Source: Dehalococcoidia bacterium
Lineage (GTDB): Bacteria > Chloroflexota > Dehalococcoidia > Bin125
Assembly (NCBI GenBank): GCA_965237475.1
Contig: OZ250140.1
Location: 1,763,549 to 1,827,548 of the forward strand
DNA: 64,000 nucleotides
Direction of reading: 5' to 3'
This document shows, one piece after another, positions 18,129-27,675 of this stretch. Position numbers and translations under genes: made by a program. Within the stretch, counting starts at the first letter, position 1. Each line of letters opens with the position of its first letter. The notes under the pieces were generated by a model that worked only from the letters and a program-made list of their open reading frames with translations, was not told the origin of the DNA and did no database searches.

Positions 18129-19316
18129 ATGGCTGCGGTGAGCGATGTACGGGAGATCATCAGCGGCGACGGGGAGACCGGGGTGGACATCGTCCGCAAC
18201 GTGCGGCGCTGGGTCGACGAGCAGGTCATTCCGTTCGCTGACGCGCTGGAGCACGCGGGCGAGTTTCCGACCGCGATTCATCGTGACATGTGCGAGATGG
18301 GCATCTTCGGTATCACGGTCCCGGAGGCCCACGGCGGGCTCGGCCTGTCGTTCGAGACGTATTCGGCGGTGATCGAGGAGATCGCGCGGGGCTGGATGGG
18401 GCTCGCGGGGATCATCAACACCAACGTGATCGATGGCTGGATCATCGAGCAGCACGGGACCGACGATCAGAAGCAGCGCTTCCTGCCCGGCCTCGCCACC
18501 GGCGAGCTGCAGGGCTGCTTCACGATCACCGAGCCCAACGCGGGCTCCGATGCGCAGGCGATCCGCACCACCGCGACGCGCGACGGCGACGACTACCTGC
18601 TAAACGGCAACAAGCTGTTCGTGACCAACGGCGACCGCGGCGACGTGTATCTGGCGATGACCAAGACCGACCCGAGCGCCAATCCGCGGCACCGCGGAAT
18701 CTCGGCCTTTCTGGTCGAGCGCGACACGCCCGGATTCTCGATCGCGCGGACGATCGACAAGCTCGGTTACAAGGGCCCGGAGACGGCTGAGCTGTTCATG
18801 GAGGACGCACGGGTACCCGCGGGCAACCTGCTGGGCGGCGCTGAGGGGCGCGGCTTTCAGCAGATGATCAGTGGGTTGGAGATTGGGCGGATCAACGTCG
18901 CCGCGCGCGCGACCGGCGTCGCGCAGGCGGCCTTCGACCACGCGATCGTCTACGCGCAGCAGCGCGAGACGATGGGCAAGCCGATCGCGCAGCATCAGGC
19001 GATCCAGCTGAAGCTGGCCGATATGGCGACCAAGATTCGAGCGGCGCGGCTGCTGACCCGCGACGCGGCGCGCAAGAAGGACAGCGGCGAACGCGCGGAC
19101 CTCGATGTTGGCATGGCCAAGCTGTTCGCGACCGAGGTCGCGCTGGAGTGCACGCTCGAATCGATGCGCGTGCACGGCGGCGTCGGCTACACCACGGAAC
19201 TGCCGATTGAGCGCTTCTACCGCGACGCCCCGCTGATGGTGGTGGCCGAAGGCACGAACGAAATTCAGCGCCTCGTGATCGCGCGCCGGCTGCTGGAGCT
19301 GTACCGCGTCGACTGA
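18129..19316 (+). CDS. acyl-CoA dehydrogenase
   Basis: 395 aa. Canonical ACAD motifs: ITEPNAGSD, YLLNGNKLFVTNG, RVHGGVGYTTELPIERFYRDA. Confidence 0.88.
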   Translation: MAAVSDVREIISGDGETGVDIVRNVRRWVDEQVIPFADALEHAGEFPTAIHRDMCEMGIFGITVPEAHGGLGLSFETYSAVIEEIARGWMGLAGIINTNVIDGWIIEQHGTDDQKQRFLPGLATGELQGCFTITEPNAGSDAQAIRTTATRDGDDYLLNGNKLFVTNGDRGDVYLAMTKTDPSANPRHRGISAFLVERDTPGFSIARTIDKLGYKGPETAELFMEDARVPAGNLLGGAEGRGFQQMISGLEIGRINVAARATGVAQAAFDHAIVYAQQRETMGKPIAQHQAIQLKLADMATKIRAARLLTRDAARKKDSGERADLDVGMAKLFATEVALECTLESMRVHGGVGYTTELPIERFYRDAPLMVVAEGTNEIQRLVIARRLLELYRVD

Positions 19317-19337
19317 GCCCAGTGACGGAGGCTGACG

Positions 19338-19808
19338 ATGCCCACGAAGGAACTGTTTGGCCGCTACCTCGAGCAGTTTGAGGTCGGCGAGGTGATCGAG
19401 CACTGGCCCGGCCGCACGGTCACCGAGGCCGATGACCTGATGTTCTGCATGCTGACGATGAACCATCACCCACTGCATACGAACCTCGAATACGCCGAGG
19501 GCACGCAGTTCGGCCAGCGCGTGGTTTCGGGTCCGTTCGTCTACTCGCTGGTCTTTGGGATGACCGTGCCGATGATCAGCGGCAAGGCGATCGCAAATCT
19601 CGCGACGAACGACCTGCGGCACACGGCGCCGGTCTTCCACGGCGACACGCTGACGGCCCGCACGGAGGTCACCGGCATCCGCGAGTCACGATCGCAGCCC
19701 GACCGCGGGATCGTGACGGTCAACACGACCGCCCAGAATCAGCACGGCGAAACCGTGTTAGAGTTCACTCGTGCCGTCATGATCCCGAAGCGGCCGGATG
19801 GTGAGTGA
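19338..19808 (+). CDS. MaoC-family (R)-specific enoyl-CoA hydratase/dehydratase
   Basis: 156 aa. Hot-dog fold pattern ...NHHPLHTNLEYAEGTQFGQRVVSG... Confidence 0.8.
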   Translation: MPTKELFGRYLEQFEVGEVIEHWPGRTVTEADDLMFCMLTMNHHPLHTNLEYAEGTQFGQRVVSGPFVYSLVFGMTVPMISGKAIANLATNDLRHTAPVFHGDTLTARTEVTGIRESRSQPDRGIVTVNTTAQNQHGETVLEFTRAVMIPKRPDGE

Positions 19809-20233
19809 TGATCGAAATCAACTCGGGCTCGGACCTGGAACGCTCAGTTGTGCGTGTCGGCAAGGCGCTCGGCCTGGACGTGGAGACGCAAGTCGTCATG
19901 GGCGACCGCATCTGGGGCCCGCGCCGCCACGTTGATGTGGTGCTGAGCAAGACTGACTCCGATCGAATCATCGGCATCGAGTGCAAGTACCAGCGCCAGT
20001 CGGGCTCGGTCGAAGAGAAGATTCCCCTGACGGTCGAGGACATCGAAGACTGGCCGATTCGGGGCATTGTCGTCGTCCACGGCGAGGGCTTCTCGCGCGA
20101 CTTCGTGCCCTTCCTGCGGGGCCGAGGTCGGATCGTGGAGTTCAAGCGCCTCGCCGAGTGGTTGCGCTTCTATTTCCGCCTGTCACGCGAGCGCGCGCTC
20201 CAGGCCGAGATGCTGCTCAACGGCGACTCCTAG
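19805..20233 (+). CDS. small PD-(D/E)xK nuclease, putative type II restriction endonuclease
   Basis: 142 aa. RRHVDVVLSK...RIIGIECKYQ gives a D...(E)xK motif. The start overlaps the MaoC stop (ATGA). The 3' end overlaps the convergent Dam-like methyltransferase by 4 nt. GC is lower than in the neighbours. Confidence 0.5.
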   Translation: MMIEINSGSDLERSVVRVGKALGLDVETQVVMGDRIWGPRRHVDVVLSKTDSDRIIGIECKYQRQSGSVEEKIPLTVEDIEDWPIRGIVVVHGEGFSRDFVPFLRGRGRIVEFKRLAEWLRFYFRLSRERALQAEMLLNGDS

Positions 20234-21066
20234 CCAGCTCGAATCAGGTACTCGGGCACGGGCTGGCGACCGTTGCTGTTGGAGTTGATCGCGCGCCGCG
20301 CTGCGACCTCCGCCAGCACGAACGCTTCTGACCGATAGAGCGCCGCCACATCGGGATGCCCGGAGTTGGACAGCGCCACCGCCGCTCCCTGGCGCGCCAG
20401 CGACTCGGCCGTCGTCGCGAGGCGTTGCTGATCCGCCAGACGGAACGCTGCGGAGGTGTACGACGTAAAGTTCGCCGTCGTGCTGAGCGGCACGTAGGGC
20501 GGATCGAAGTAGACGAAGTCGCCTGTGCCGGCCTCAGCGGCCGCCTCCGTGAAGTCCCCGACGCGTAGCTCCACCCTGGACAGCGCCTCCGAGGCAGCGC
20601 GCAGATTCGGCTCATCGCAGATCATCGGCTTGGCATAGCGGCCGTGGGGCACGTTGAAGCCGCCGCTGCTGTTGACACGGTAGAGACCGTTGAAGCATGT
20701 CTTGTTGAGGAAGATCAGGTTCGTCGCGCCGCCCAGGTCGCAGGTCAGCCGCTTGGCGCGGATGGTGTAGTAGTACTCCGCCCGCGCCTCGCCCTCGCGC
20801 GACCGGTACTTCCCCTCATGGACCCGCAGCGCGTGGACTAACTCCTCCACGTGATCGCGGACCTGGATGTAGGCGTTGATCAGCTCAGCGTTGCTGTCGG
20901 ACAGCACCGCACGCTTGAAGCGCCCCTGCGCCTGCAGCGCGAAGAACAGCGCTCCACCGCCCACGAACGGCTCGTAGTAGGTCTCGATCTGCGCGGGCGC
21001 GGCCTGCAGCAGCTCCGCGAGCAGTTGCGTCTTGCCGCCGGCCCATTTGACGAATGGTCGAGCCAC
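20230..21066 (-). CDS. Dam-like N6-adenine DNA methyltransferase (alpha class)
   Basis: FVKWAGGKTQLL...YYEPFVGGGALFF...NGLYRVN..GFNVPHGRY...DFVYFDPPYVPLSTTANFTSYT is colinear with E. coli Dam and DpnM. Confidence 0.85.
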   Translation of the reverse strand: MARPFVKWAGGKTQLLAELLQAAPAQIETYYEPFVGGGALFFALQAQGRFKRAVLSDSNAELINAYIQVRDHVEELVHALRVHEGKYRSREGEARAEYYYTIRAKRLTCDLGGATNLIFLNKTCFNGLYRVNSSGGFNVPHGRYAKPMICDEPNLRAASEALSRVELRVGDFTEAAAEAGTGDFVYFDPPYVPLSTTANFTSYTSAAFRLADQQRLATTAESLARQGAAVALSNSGHPDVAALYRSEAFVLAEVAARRAINSNSNGRQPVPEYLIRAG

Positions 21067-21148
21067 CAGTCGAGTTTAGGTCGGCGAATCCGGCCTGGCG
21101 GTGGTCGCGCTATGTGCGGCGGCGCGCATGGGGCGATCGCGGGCCCGG

Positions 21149-21823
21149 CTAGCGGAAGATGTCGAGCGGGGCGGCGTGGATGAAGATGCCCGGGGCGACG
21201 CCGGTGGTGCTGGCCAGGATCGAGAGGAACAGCGCCCAGACGGTGACGCCGAGGCCCACGACGATCAGCGCTGACCGGTCATCGATGCCCGGGGAAGCCG
21301 CGCGTACCGCCAGGATCGAGAGCAGAAACCAGGCGATCACCGTGACGAGGCCGACGGCGAACGAGATCGGCACGACCAAAAGCGCGAGCTGAGCGACTCC
21401 CACGAGCCCGGCCAGCGCGAGCGGGCGGGCGAGCCGCAGGATGTCGACCCGCACCTCGCAGATTCGGTAGAGCGCCCACCAGCTGACGGCGACCGAGAGC
21501 GCCCAGGCGACGACACCGGCAACGCCGCCGAGCACCACGAGCCGAATCGCGCCCGCCCCGATCTGGGCGCCGTCGACCGCGAGCGCGAGCCAGAACCAGG
21601 CGCCGAGCCCCGCGGCCAACGCAGCGACCGGGACCAAGAGCAGCGCCGCTGTGGTATCGGCGGCGTTGCGGGCGAGGTCAGGGAGCACTTCAAGTTCGCC
21701 GCGCAGCAGGTAGCCGAATAGTTCGAAGCTGCGGCGCACATGAGCGGCGGCGCGGCTTGTCGCACCGCCGGCCGCCGGTCGGGTCGACGAAAACGAAAAC
21801 GGGTGGGGAGTGGTGCGGGACAT
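21149..21823 (-). CDS. integral membrane protein
   Basis: Start MSRTTPHPF at 21823. Five or six TM helices. The upstream ~210 codons of the 437-aa track ORF are an antisense shadow of the UDG gene and were dropped. Confidence 0.5.
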   Translation of the reverse strand: MSRTTPHPFSFSSTRPAAGGATSRAAAHVRRSFELFGYLLRGELEVLPDLARNAADTTAALLLVPVAALAAGLGAWFWLALAVDGAQIGAGAIRLVVLGGVAGVVAWALSVAVSWWALYRICEVRVDILRLARPLALAGLVGVAQLALLVVPISFAVGLVTVIAWFLLSILAVRAASPGIDDRSALIVVGLGVTVWALFLSILASTTGVAPGIFIHAAPLDIFR

Positions 21824-21871
21824 GGCTTGGACACGACCCCAGCCGCCGCCTTCCACAGTACGGTGGGATGT

Positions 21872-22552
21872 ATGCCGCCACAAGCAACAAACATCATCGC
21901 GACGATCGACGCGGAGGTCTCGGCCTGCCGCGCCTGCGAGCGACTCGTGGCCTGGCGCGAAGGCGTAGCGGCTGAGAAACGCGCGGCGTTCCGCGACGCC
22001 GAGTACTGGGGCCGTGGAGTGCCAGGCTTCGGGCCGGCCGACGCGCGGGTCTGGGTCGTGGGGCTCGCGCCCGCGGCGCACGGAGCGAACCGCACGGGGC
22101 GGATGTTCACCGGCGATCGCTCGGGCGACTGGCTCTACCGCGCGATGCATCGGGCGGGGCTGGCGAACCAGGCTGAGAGCACGGGGCGCGACGACGGGCT
22201 GGAGCTGGTCGGAGCGCGCGTGACATCGGTCGTGCGCTGTGCGCCGCCCGACAACAAGCCGACGATCGCCGAGCGTGACCGCTGTCTGCCGTTCCTGGCG
22301 CGCGAGCTGGCTGCACTCCCGGAGCTGCGTGTGATCGTGACGCTCGGCGCCTACGCGTGGGAGAACGTGGCGCGCCAGTTGGGCATCCGCCCGCGGCCCA
22401 AATTCGGGCACGCTCGGGAGACGCTGACCGAGCGTGGGCCGATTGTGCTCTGCTCCTACCACCCGAGCCAGCGCAACACCTTCACGGGCAAGCTGACGGC
22501 GCCGATGCTGGGCGCGATCTTCGCCCGTGCCGCGGAGCTCGCCGGGCTCTGA
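21872..22552 (+). CDS. uracil-DNA glycosylase superfamily protein (family 4/5, Fe-S type; GLAPAAHG motif)
   Basis: CRACERL..., VVGLAPAAHGANRTGRMFTGDRSGDWL, CAPP...TLGAYA. Start chosen at MPPQ (21872) to avoid overlap with the divergent membrane-protein gene. Confidence 0.75.
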   Translation: MPPQATNIIATIDAEVSACRACERLVAWREGVAAEKRAAFRDAEYWGRGVPGFGPADARVWVVGLAPAAHGANRTGRMFTGDRSGDWLYRAMHRAGLANQAESTGRDDGLELVGARVTSVVRCAPPDNKPTIAERDRCLPFLARELAALPELRVIVTLGAYAWENVARQLGIRPRPKFGHARETLTERGPIVLCSYHPSQRNTFTGKLTAPMLGAIFARAAELAGL

Positions 22553-22644
22553 CTGAGCGCTCTGACTGGGCGCTCCGCCGCCCCGCCGGTTGGTTAGCCT
22601 TCGGCTACGGCGGCGATGCCCGCGCAGGTCGAGAGGAGCTGGCG

Positions 22645-25074
22645 ATGCTGAGCGACTACCGGATTCTGGACCTGACCGATGAGGACGGGCTGATCGGCGG
22701 GATGATCCTCGCCGATCTGGGCGCCGATGTGATCGCGGTCGAACCGCCCGAAGGCAACAGCGCGAGGCGGCGCGGGCCGTTCGCGGGCGACCCCTCCGAC
22801 GTCGAGGGCTCGCTGGTCTGGCAAGCGTGGGCGCGCAACAAGCGATCGGTGGTGATCGACCTCGAGAGCGATGACGGGCACGAACAGCTGCGCCGGCTCG
22901 CGGCGACGGCCGATGCGCTGATCGAGTCGGACGCGGTCGGTGCGATGGCCGCGCGCGGGCTGGGCTACGACGACCTCGCCGCGATCAACCCCGGCCTGGT
23001 CTACGCGGCGATCACACCGTTCGGCACGAGCGGTCCGAAGGCGAGCTGGCGGGCGAGCGACGTGACCGTGGCGGCTTCGGCCGGGCCGATGTCGCAAAGC
23101 GGCGACTCGGACCGCGCGCCGCTGCGCGTCAGCCTGCCGCAGACCGGCCTGCACGCGGGCGCTGAGGCCGCGGTCGCTGTGCAGATCGCGCTGTGGGAGC
23201 GCAAGCGCTCGGGACGCGGGCAGTTCATCGATGTCGCGGCGCAGGCCGCACACGCGCAGGCTACGCAGTCGGGCATTCTGGCAGCTCCGCTGAAGGCTGC
23301 TTCGTTCCTGCGCTCAGCCAAGGGGCTGAGGCTCGGCCCGCTCGAAATTCAGCTGTTCTGGCCGTGTAAGGACGGGCATGTGGCGATCACGTACCTGTTC
23401 GGCGCGGCGATCGGGCCGTTCACCGCACGGCTGATGCAATGGGCCTATGAGGAGGGCCATTGCGACGAAGCGACGCGCGACAAGGACTGGCTCAACTACA
23501 CGCTGTTGCTGCTGACCGGACAGGAGCCGATCTCGGAGTACCTCAGGCTGCTGCAGGTGGTCGAGTCGCTGTCGATAACCAAGACCAAGGCGGAGTTGTT
23601 CGAGGCGGCGCTCGAACGCCGGCTGCTGATCGTGCCCGTCTCGACGATGGCAGACGTGGCCGAGAACGAACAGCTGGCGACGCGCGAGTACTGGCGCGAC
23701 GTCGAACGCCAGGGCCGCAGTCTGCGCTTCCCCGGCCCGTTCGCGCGGTTCTCGGGCTCGGCGATCGAGTACCGCCGTCCCGCGCCGTTGTTGGGCGAAC
23801 ACAGCGGCGAAGTGCTCGCCGAGGTCCGCTCGGCCGCCAGCCTGAATGGGTCGGGCGACGATGCTGGGTTGCCGCTGGATGGCCTGAAGATGCTCGACCT
23901 GATGTGGGTGATGGCGGGGCCGGCCGGGACCCGACCGCTGGCCGACTTCGGGGTGCAGACCGTGCGCGTCGAGTCGAGCACGAGAATCGATACGGCCCGC
24001 ACGCTGCAGCCGTTCATCGATGACAACTCCACGCAGGCGGACGGCTCGGGCATGTTCCACAACATGAACGCGAACAAACTGATGACGACGGTCGACCCGG
24101 CGAATCCGGTCGGCCGCGAGCTGCTGCTCGACCTGGTGCGCTGGGCGGACGTGCTGACCGAGTCGTTCACGCCGCGTGCGATGCGGGGCTGGGGGCTGAC
24201 CTGGGAGGAGCTGCACGCGGTCAACCCGCGGCTGATCATGCAGTCGTCGTGCCTGATGGGGCAGACGGGCCCGCTCTCGGATTTCGCGGGCTACGGCACG
24301 CTGGCGGCATCGATCGCCGGCTTCACGCCGCTCTGCAGCTGGGCCGACCGCGCGCCCGCCGGACCGTTCGGGGCCTACACCGACTACGTCGCTCCGCGGT
24401 TCGCCACCGCGGCGCTGCTGGCGGCGTTGAAGCAGCGCGAGCGCACGGGTGTGGGCCAGTACATCGATATGTCTCAGCTCGAGGCGGGCATCCACTTCCT
24501 CACCCCGGCGTTCCTGCAGTACGGCGTCTCGGGACGTATCTGGGAGTCCGACGGCAACCGCGACCCGCATATGGCCCCACACGGCGTCTATGCCTCGAGC
24601 GGCGACGATCAATGGGTCGCGATCGCGGCGGCCAATGATGCCCAGTGGTCGGCGCTCGCCGCCGCGATCGGCGGCGGCCTGGCGGAGGAGGCGCGCTTCG
24701 CCTCGCTCGATGGCCGGCTCGCCGCGCAGGACCAGCTCGACGCGGCGATCTCGGCCTGGACCAGCGAGCGAACGCCCAACGAAGCGATGGAGGCGCTACA
24801 GGCGGCGGGCGTCGCGGCGCACGCGGTGCAGAGCAGGCCCGAGCTGATGATCGACCCACAGCTGGCGCAGCGCGGGCACCTCGTGCAGCTCACGCACGCG
24901 ACGCAGGGCGCGAGCACCGTCGAGGGCGCGCGCGTGGTGTTCTCGCGGACGCCCGCGCGACGCCCAACCGTGGCCCCGGTGATGGGCGCCGACAACGAAA
25001 TGGTGCTGCGCGATTTGCTCGGCTACGACGACGAGCGAATCGTCGAAGTCGTGGCCTCGGGCGCGCTGCAGTAG
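22645..25074 (+). CDS. tandem-duplicated family III CoA-transferase (two CaiB/BaiF domains fused, 809 aa)
   Basis: The first domain starts MLSDYRILDLTDEDGLIGGMILADLGADVIAVEPP. A second copy of the signature (LKMLDLMWVMAGPAGTRPLADFGVQTVRVES) begins about residue 410. A GAGGAG RBS precedes the ATG at 22645. Confidence 0.75.
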   Translation: MLSDYRILDLTDEDGLIGGMILADLGADVIAVEPPEGNSARRRGPFAGDPSDVEGSLVWQAWARNKRSVVIDLESDDGHEQLRRLAATADALIESDAVGAMAARGLGYDDLAAINPGLVYAAITPFGTSGPKASWRASDVTVAASAGPMSQSGDSDRAPLRVSLPQTGLHAGAEAAVAVQIALWERKRSGRGQFIDVAAQAAHAQATQSGILAAPLKAASFLRSAKGLRLGPLEIQLFWPCKDGHVAITYLFGAAIGPFTARLMQWAYEEGHCDEATRDKDWLNYTLLLLTGQEPISEYLRLLQVVESLSITKTKAELFEAALERRLLIVPVSTMADVAENEQLATREYWRDVERQGRSLRFPGPFARFSGSAIEYRRPAPLLGEHSGEVLAEVRSAASLNGSGDDAGLPLDGLKMLDLMWVMAGPAGTRPLADFGVQTVRVESSTRIDTARTLQPFIDDNSTQADGSGMFHNMNANKLMTTVDPANPVGRELLLDLVRWADVLTESFTPRAMRGWGLTWEELHAVNPRLIMQSSCLMGQTGPLSDFAGYGTLAASIAGFTPLCSWADRAPAGPFGAYTDYVAPRFATAALLAALKQRERTGVGQYIDMSQLEAGIHFLTPAFLQYGVSGRIWESDGNRDPHMAPHGVYASSGDDQWVAIAAANDAQWSALAAAIGGGLAEEARFASLDGRLAAQDQLDAAISAWTSERTPNEAMEALQAAGVAAHAVQSRPELMIDPQLAQRGHLVQLTHATQGASTVEGARVVFSRTPARRPTVAPVMGADNEMVLRDLLGYDDERIVEVVASGALQ

Positions 25075-25281
25075 TCGCGGTCCGACAACGGCGAAGGCCT
25101 GGCGGGCCGGGCGCACGCGTCTCGCGCGCGGGCTGAGCCACCGACAACCGTGCAGCTGCAACTGCGCGATTGACGACCCGATCTGCGATCACTAGCGTCG
25201 GGGTCGCTCGCACGGGCCGACGCTCGCCGACCCGCGGGTACATTTCGCATTTGGGGCGCATTCGGCGCAAGGAGAGCTGCC

Positions 25282-26259
25282 ATGGCGGGACAGTATTCGA
25301 TTCACATCGGAACCGTGGGTCAGGGCCTGTGGGTTTGCCACGACGGCGGAGAGACGTGGTACCGCGGACGCGCTGACGACATCGGCGAGGGCACGGTGCG
25401 CTCACTCGCGGCCTACCCCGACGCGGCCGAACGGCTGCTGGCGGGCACCGACGCGGGGCTCTACCGCAGCGACGACAACGGCTACCACTGGGAGAAGCTC
25501 GATTCGCCGATCGAGCCGCGTCAGATCTGGTCGGTCGCGATCGACCCGAGCGACACCGAGACGATTTTCGCCGGAACGCGCCCCGGCGCATTCCGCTCGC
25601 GCGACGGCGGGGCCAGCTGGGACGAGCTGCCGATCGATGTCGCCGACCCCTGCCCGATCGGGATCGCCCGCACCACCGTGATGGTGATTGACCCCAACGA
25701 CAGCCAGCGCGTGTACGCGGGGATCGAAGTCGACGGCGTCTACAAGAGCCTCGACGGCGGCGACTCCTGGGTACACATGCCCGACCTCGGCGAAGACACC
25801 TTCCAGGGCGACGTGCACTGCATGGCCCGGGTGTCGGGCCGCGCGACGTACGCCACCAGCCCCTACGGGATCGCGACCAGCACCGACGAGGGCGAGAGCT
25901 GGGACTACCACTACTTCCCCACGCACCATGAGGGCGACCGCTTCTCCTACTGTCGCGGCGTGCTGGTCAAGGCCGACGACCCGGACACGATGTTCGTGGG
26001 CAACGGCGACGGGATTCCCGGCAGCGCGGGGGCGATCCAGCGCACCACCGACGGCGGGCAGAACTGGGCGGCCGTGGCGCTGCCCGAGCCGCCCAACTCG
26101 GTCGTCTACTGGCTGGCCACGCACCGCGCGGCGCCCGACGTGATCGTCGGCGTGAGCCTGTTCGGCTACGTCTATCTCAGCGAAGATGGCGGCCAGAACT
26201 GGCGCAAGCTGGACCGCGAATTCGGCGAGGTCCGCTCCGTGGCTGTGACCGCAAACTGA
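25282..26259 (+). CDS. BNR/Asp-box repeat beta-propeller protein (Ycf48/sialidase-like)
   Basis: Repeated S-x-D-x-G-x-(S/T)-W motifs: DDNGYHW, RDGGASW, LDGGDSW, TDEGESW, TDGGQNW, EDGGQNW. Confidence 0.6.
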   Translation: MAGQYSIHIGTVGQGLWVCHDGGETWYRGRADDIGEGTVRSLAAYPDAAERLLAGTDAGLYRSDDNGYHWEKLDSPIEPRQIWSVAIDPSDTETIFAGTRPGAFRSRDGGASWDELPIDVADPCPIGIARTTVMVIDPNDSQRVYAGIEVDGVYKSLDGGDSWVHMPDLGEDTFQGDVHCMARVSGRATYATSPYGIATSTDEGESWDYHYFPTHHEGDRFSYCRGVLVKADDPDTMFVGNGDGIPGSAGAIQRTTDGGQNWAAVALPEPPNSVVYWLATHRAAPDVIVGVSLFGYVYLSEDGGQNWRKLDREFGEVRSVAVTAN

Positions 26260-26272
26260 GAGAGGTGAACCG

Positions 26273-26701
26273 ATGGCGCTTTCCGCAGCAGACCGAGCAG
26301 AAATTCAGAACCTGGCCGGGCGCTACAGCCAGGCCCTGGACGACGGCGACGCGGATGCCTGGGCCGCCGTCTGGACCGACGACGGCGTGATGGAGATGGT
26401 CGGGCAGGAGCGCTGGATCACCGGCGACGCGCTGCGCTCGCTGGGCGCCCCGCGCGAGCGCGACTCACAGTCCCGCCACATGCCCTCGACGTTCGTGATC
26501 GACGGCGACGGCGACGAGGCCTCGATGAGCTCCTACGTGACCGTGGTGCGCTGCGACGACCCCGCCAGCATCGTCTTTCAGGGCCGCTATGTGGACAAGA
26601 TCCGCCGCGTCGGCGGCGCCTGGAAGCTAGCCCACCGCACGATCCTGACCGACTGGATCGAGCCCGCGACGGCCGAACAGTTCAAGACGCCCGCCGAGTA
26701 A
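26273..26701 (+). CDS. NTF2-like (SnoaL/DUF4440) protein
   Basis: 142 aa with the typical small NTF2-fold sequence profile. Confidence 0.6.
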   Translation: MALSAADRAEIQNLAGRYSQALDDGDADAWAAVWTDDGVMEMVGQERWITGDALRSLGAPRERDSQSRHMPSTFVIDGDGDEASMSSYVTVVRCDDPASIVFQGRYVDKIRRVGGAWKLAHRTILTDWIEPATAEQFKTPAE

Positions 26702-26732
26702 CTCCTCACCCGCACAGCAGCGGAAGACCGCG

Positions 26733-27617
26733 ATGGCCGCGCGTTCCCCGGAGCGGATGATTGAGGGGAACGGGATCGAGATCTGCGCCGACTCGTTCGG
26801 CGACCCGGGCGACCCCGCAATCCTGCTGGTGATGGGCGCCGGCGCTTCGATGCTGTCCTGGGCTGAGGAGTTCTGCCAGCGGCTCGCCGACGGCGGCCGC
26901 TTCGTGATCCGCTACGACAACCGCGACACCGGCAAGACCAGCCCGTTTTGTCCGCCCGGCGAACCGAACTACACGCTCAACGACATGGCCGATGACGCTG
27001 TCGCCGTGCTAGACGCGTACGGCGTCGACCAGGCGCACATCATCGGCGCCTCGATGGGCGGGATGATCACCCAGCTGATCGGTCTCAACCACCCCGACCG
27101 CGTGCTCAGCCTCACGCCAATCATGTCCACCCCGCAGGCCGGCGTAGTGATGGACGCGTTTGCGGGCAAGGCCGTCGCCGAGCTCTCCCCGCCGCACCCG
27201 AGAGTGCTTGAGCTCGTCACCCGCAGGGCCCAGTTCGACTGGACCGACCGCGATGCCGTGATCAGCAACCAGATCGAATCCTTCGCCTTGATCAAGGGTT
27301 CGCGCTATCCCGAGGACCCCTCAATGGCCGAGTTCATCGCGAGGGACTTCGACCGCGCCAACAACTACGCCAGCTCCGTCAATCACACGCCCGCGATGGC
27401 CCAGTCCGAGCCCTGGCACGAACGGCTGGACGAGATCAGCGTTCCCACGCTGGTCATCCACGGAGACGAGGACCCAATCCTCCCCTACGACCACGGGCAG
27501 GCCCTCCACGCGGCCATCATCGGCTCGGAGATGCTCACGCTCGAAGGCGTCGGCCACGAACTTCCCGAAGGCACGTGGGACGTGGTTGTTCCAGCCATCC
27601 TGGAGCACACCAGCTGA
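26733..27617 (+). CDS. alpha/beta hydrolase
   Basis: LLVMGAGASMLSW..., nucleophile elbow GASMGG, and a C-terminal HGDEDP...GHELP. Confidence 0.8.
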   Translation: MAARSPERMIEGNGIEICADSFGDPGDPAILLVMGAGASMLSWAEEFCQRLADGGRFVIRYDNRDTGKTSPFCPPGEPNYTLNDMADDAVAVLDAYGVDQAHIIGASMGGMITQLIGLNHPDRVLSLTPIMSTPQAGVVMDAFAGKAVAELSPPHPRVLELVTRRAQFDWTDRDAVISNQIESFALIKGSRYPEDPSMAEFIARDFDRANNYASSVNHTPAMAQSEPWHERLDEISVPTLVIHGDEDPILPYDHGQALHAAIIGSEMLTLEGVGHELPEGTWDVVVPAILEHTS

Positions 27618-27675
27618 ACAAATGCTGACCGAGGCTGACCAATAGCTGACCGAGGCTGACCGGGCGGCTCTGCGG

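Noticed and set aside
21824-22462. N-terminal ~210 codons of the 437-aa minus-strand ORF 21149-22462
   Set aside because: Antisense shadow of the uracil-DNA glycosylase gene. Only the C-terminal membrane-protein part (from MSRTTPHPF at 21823) has coding character.
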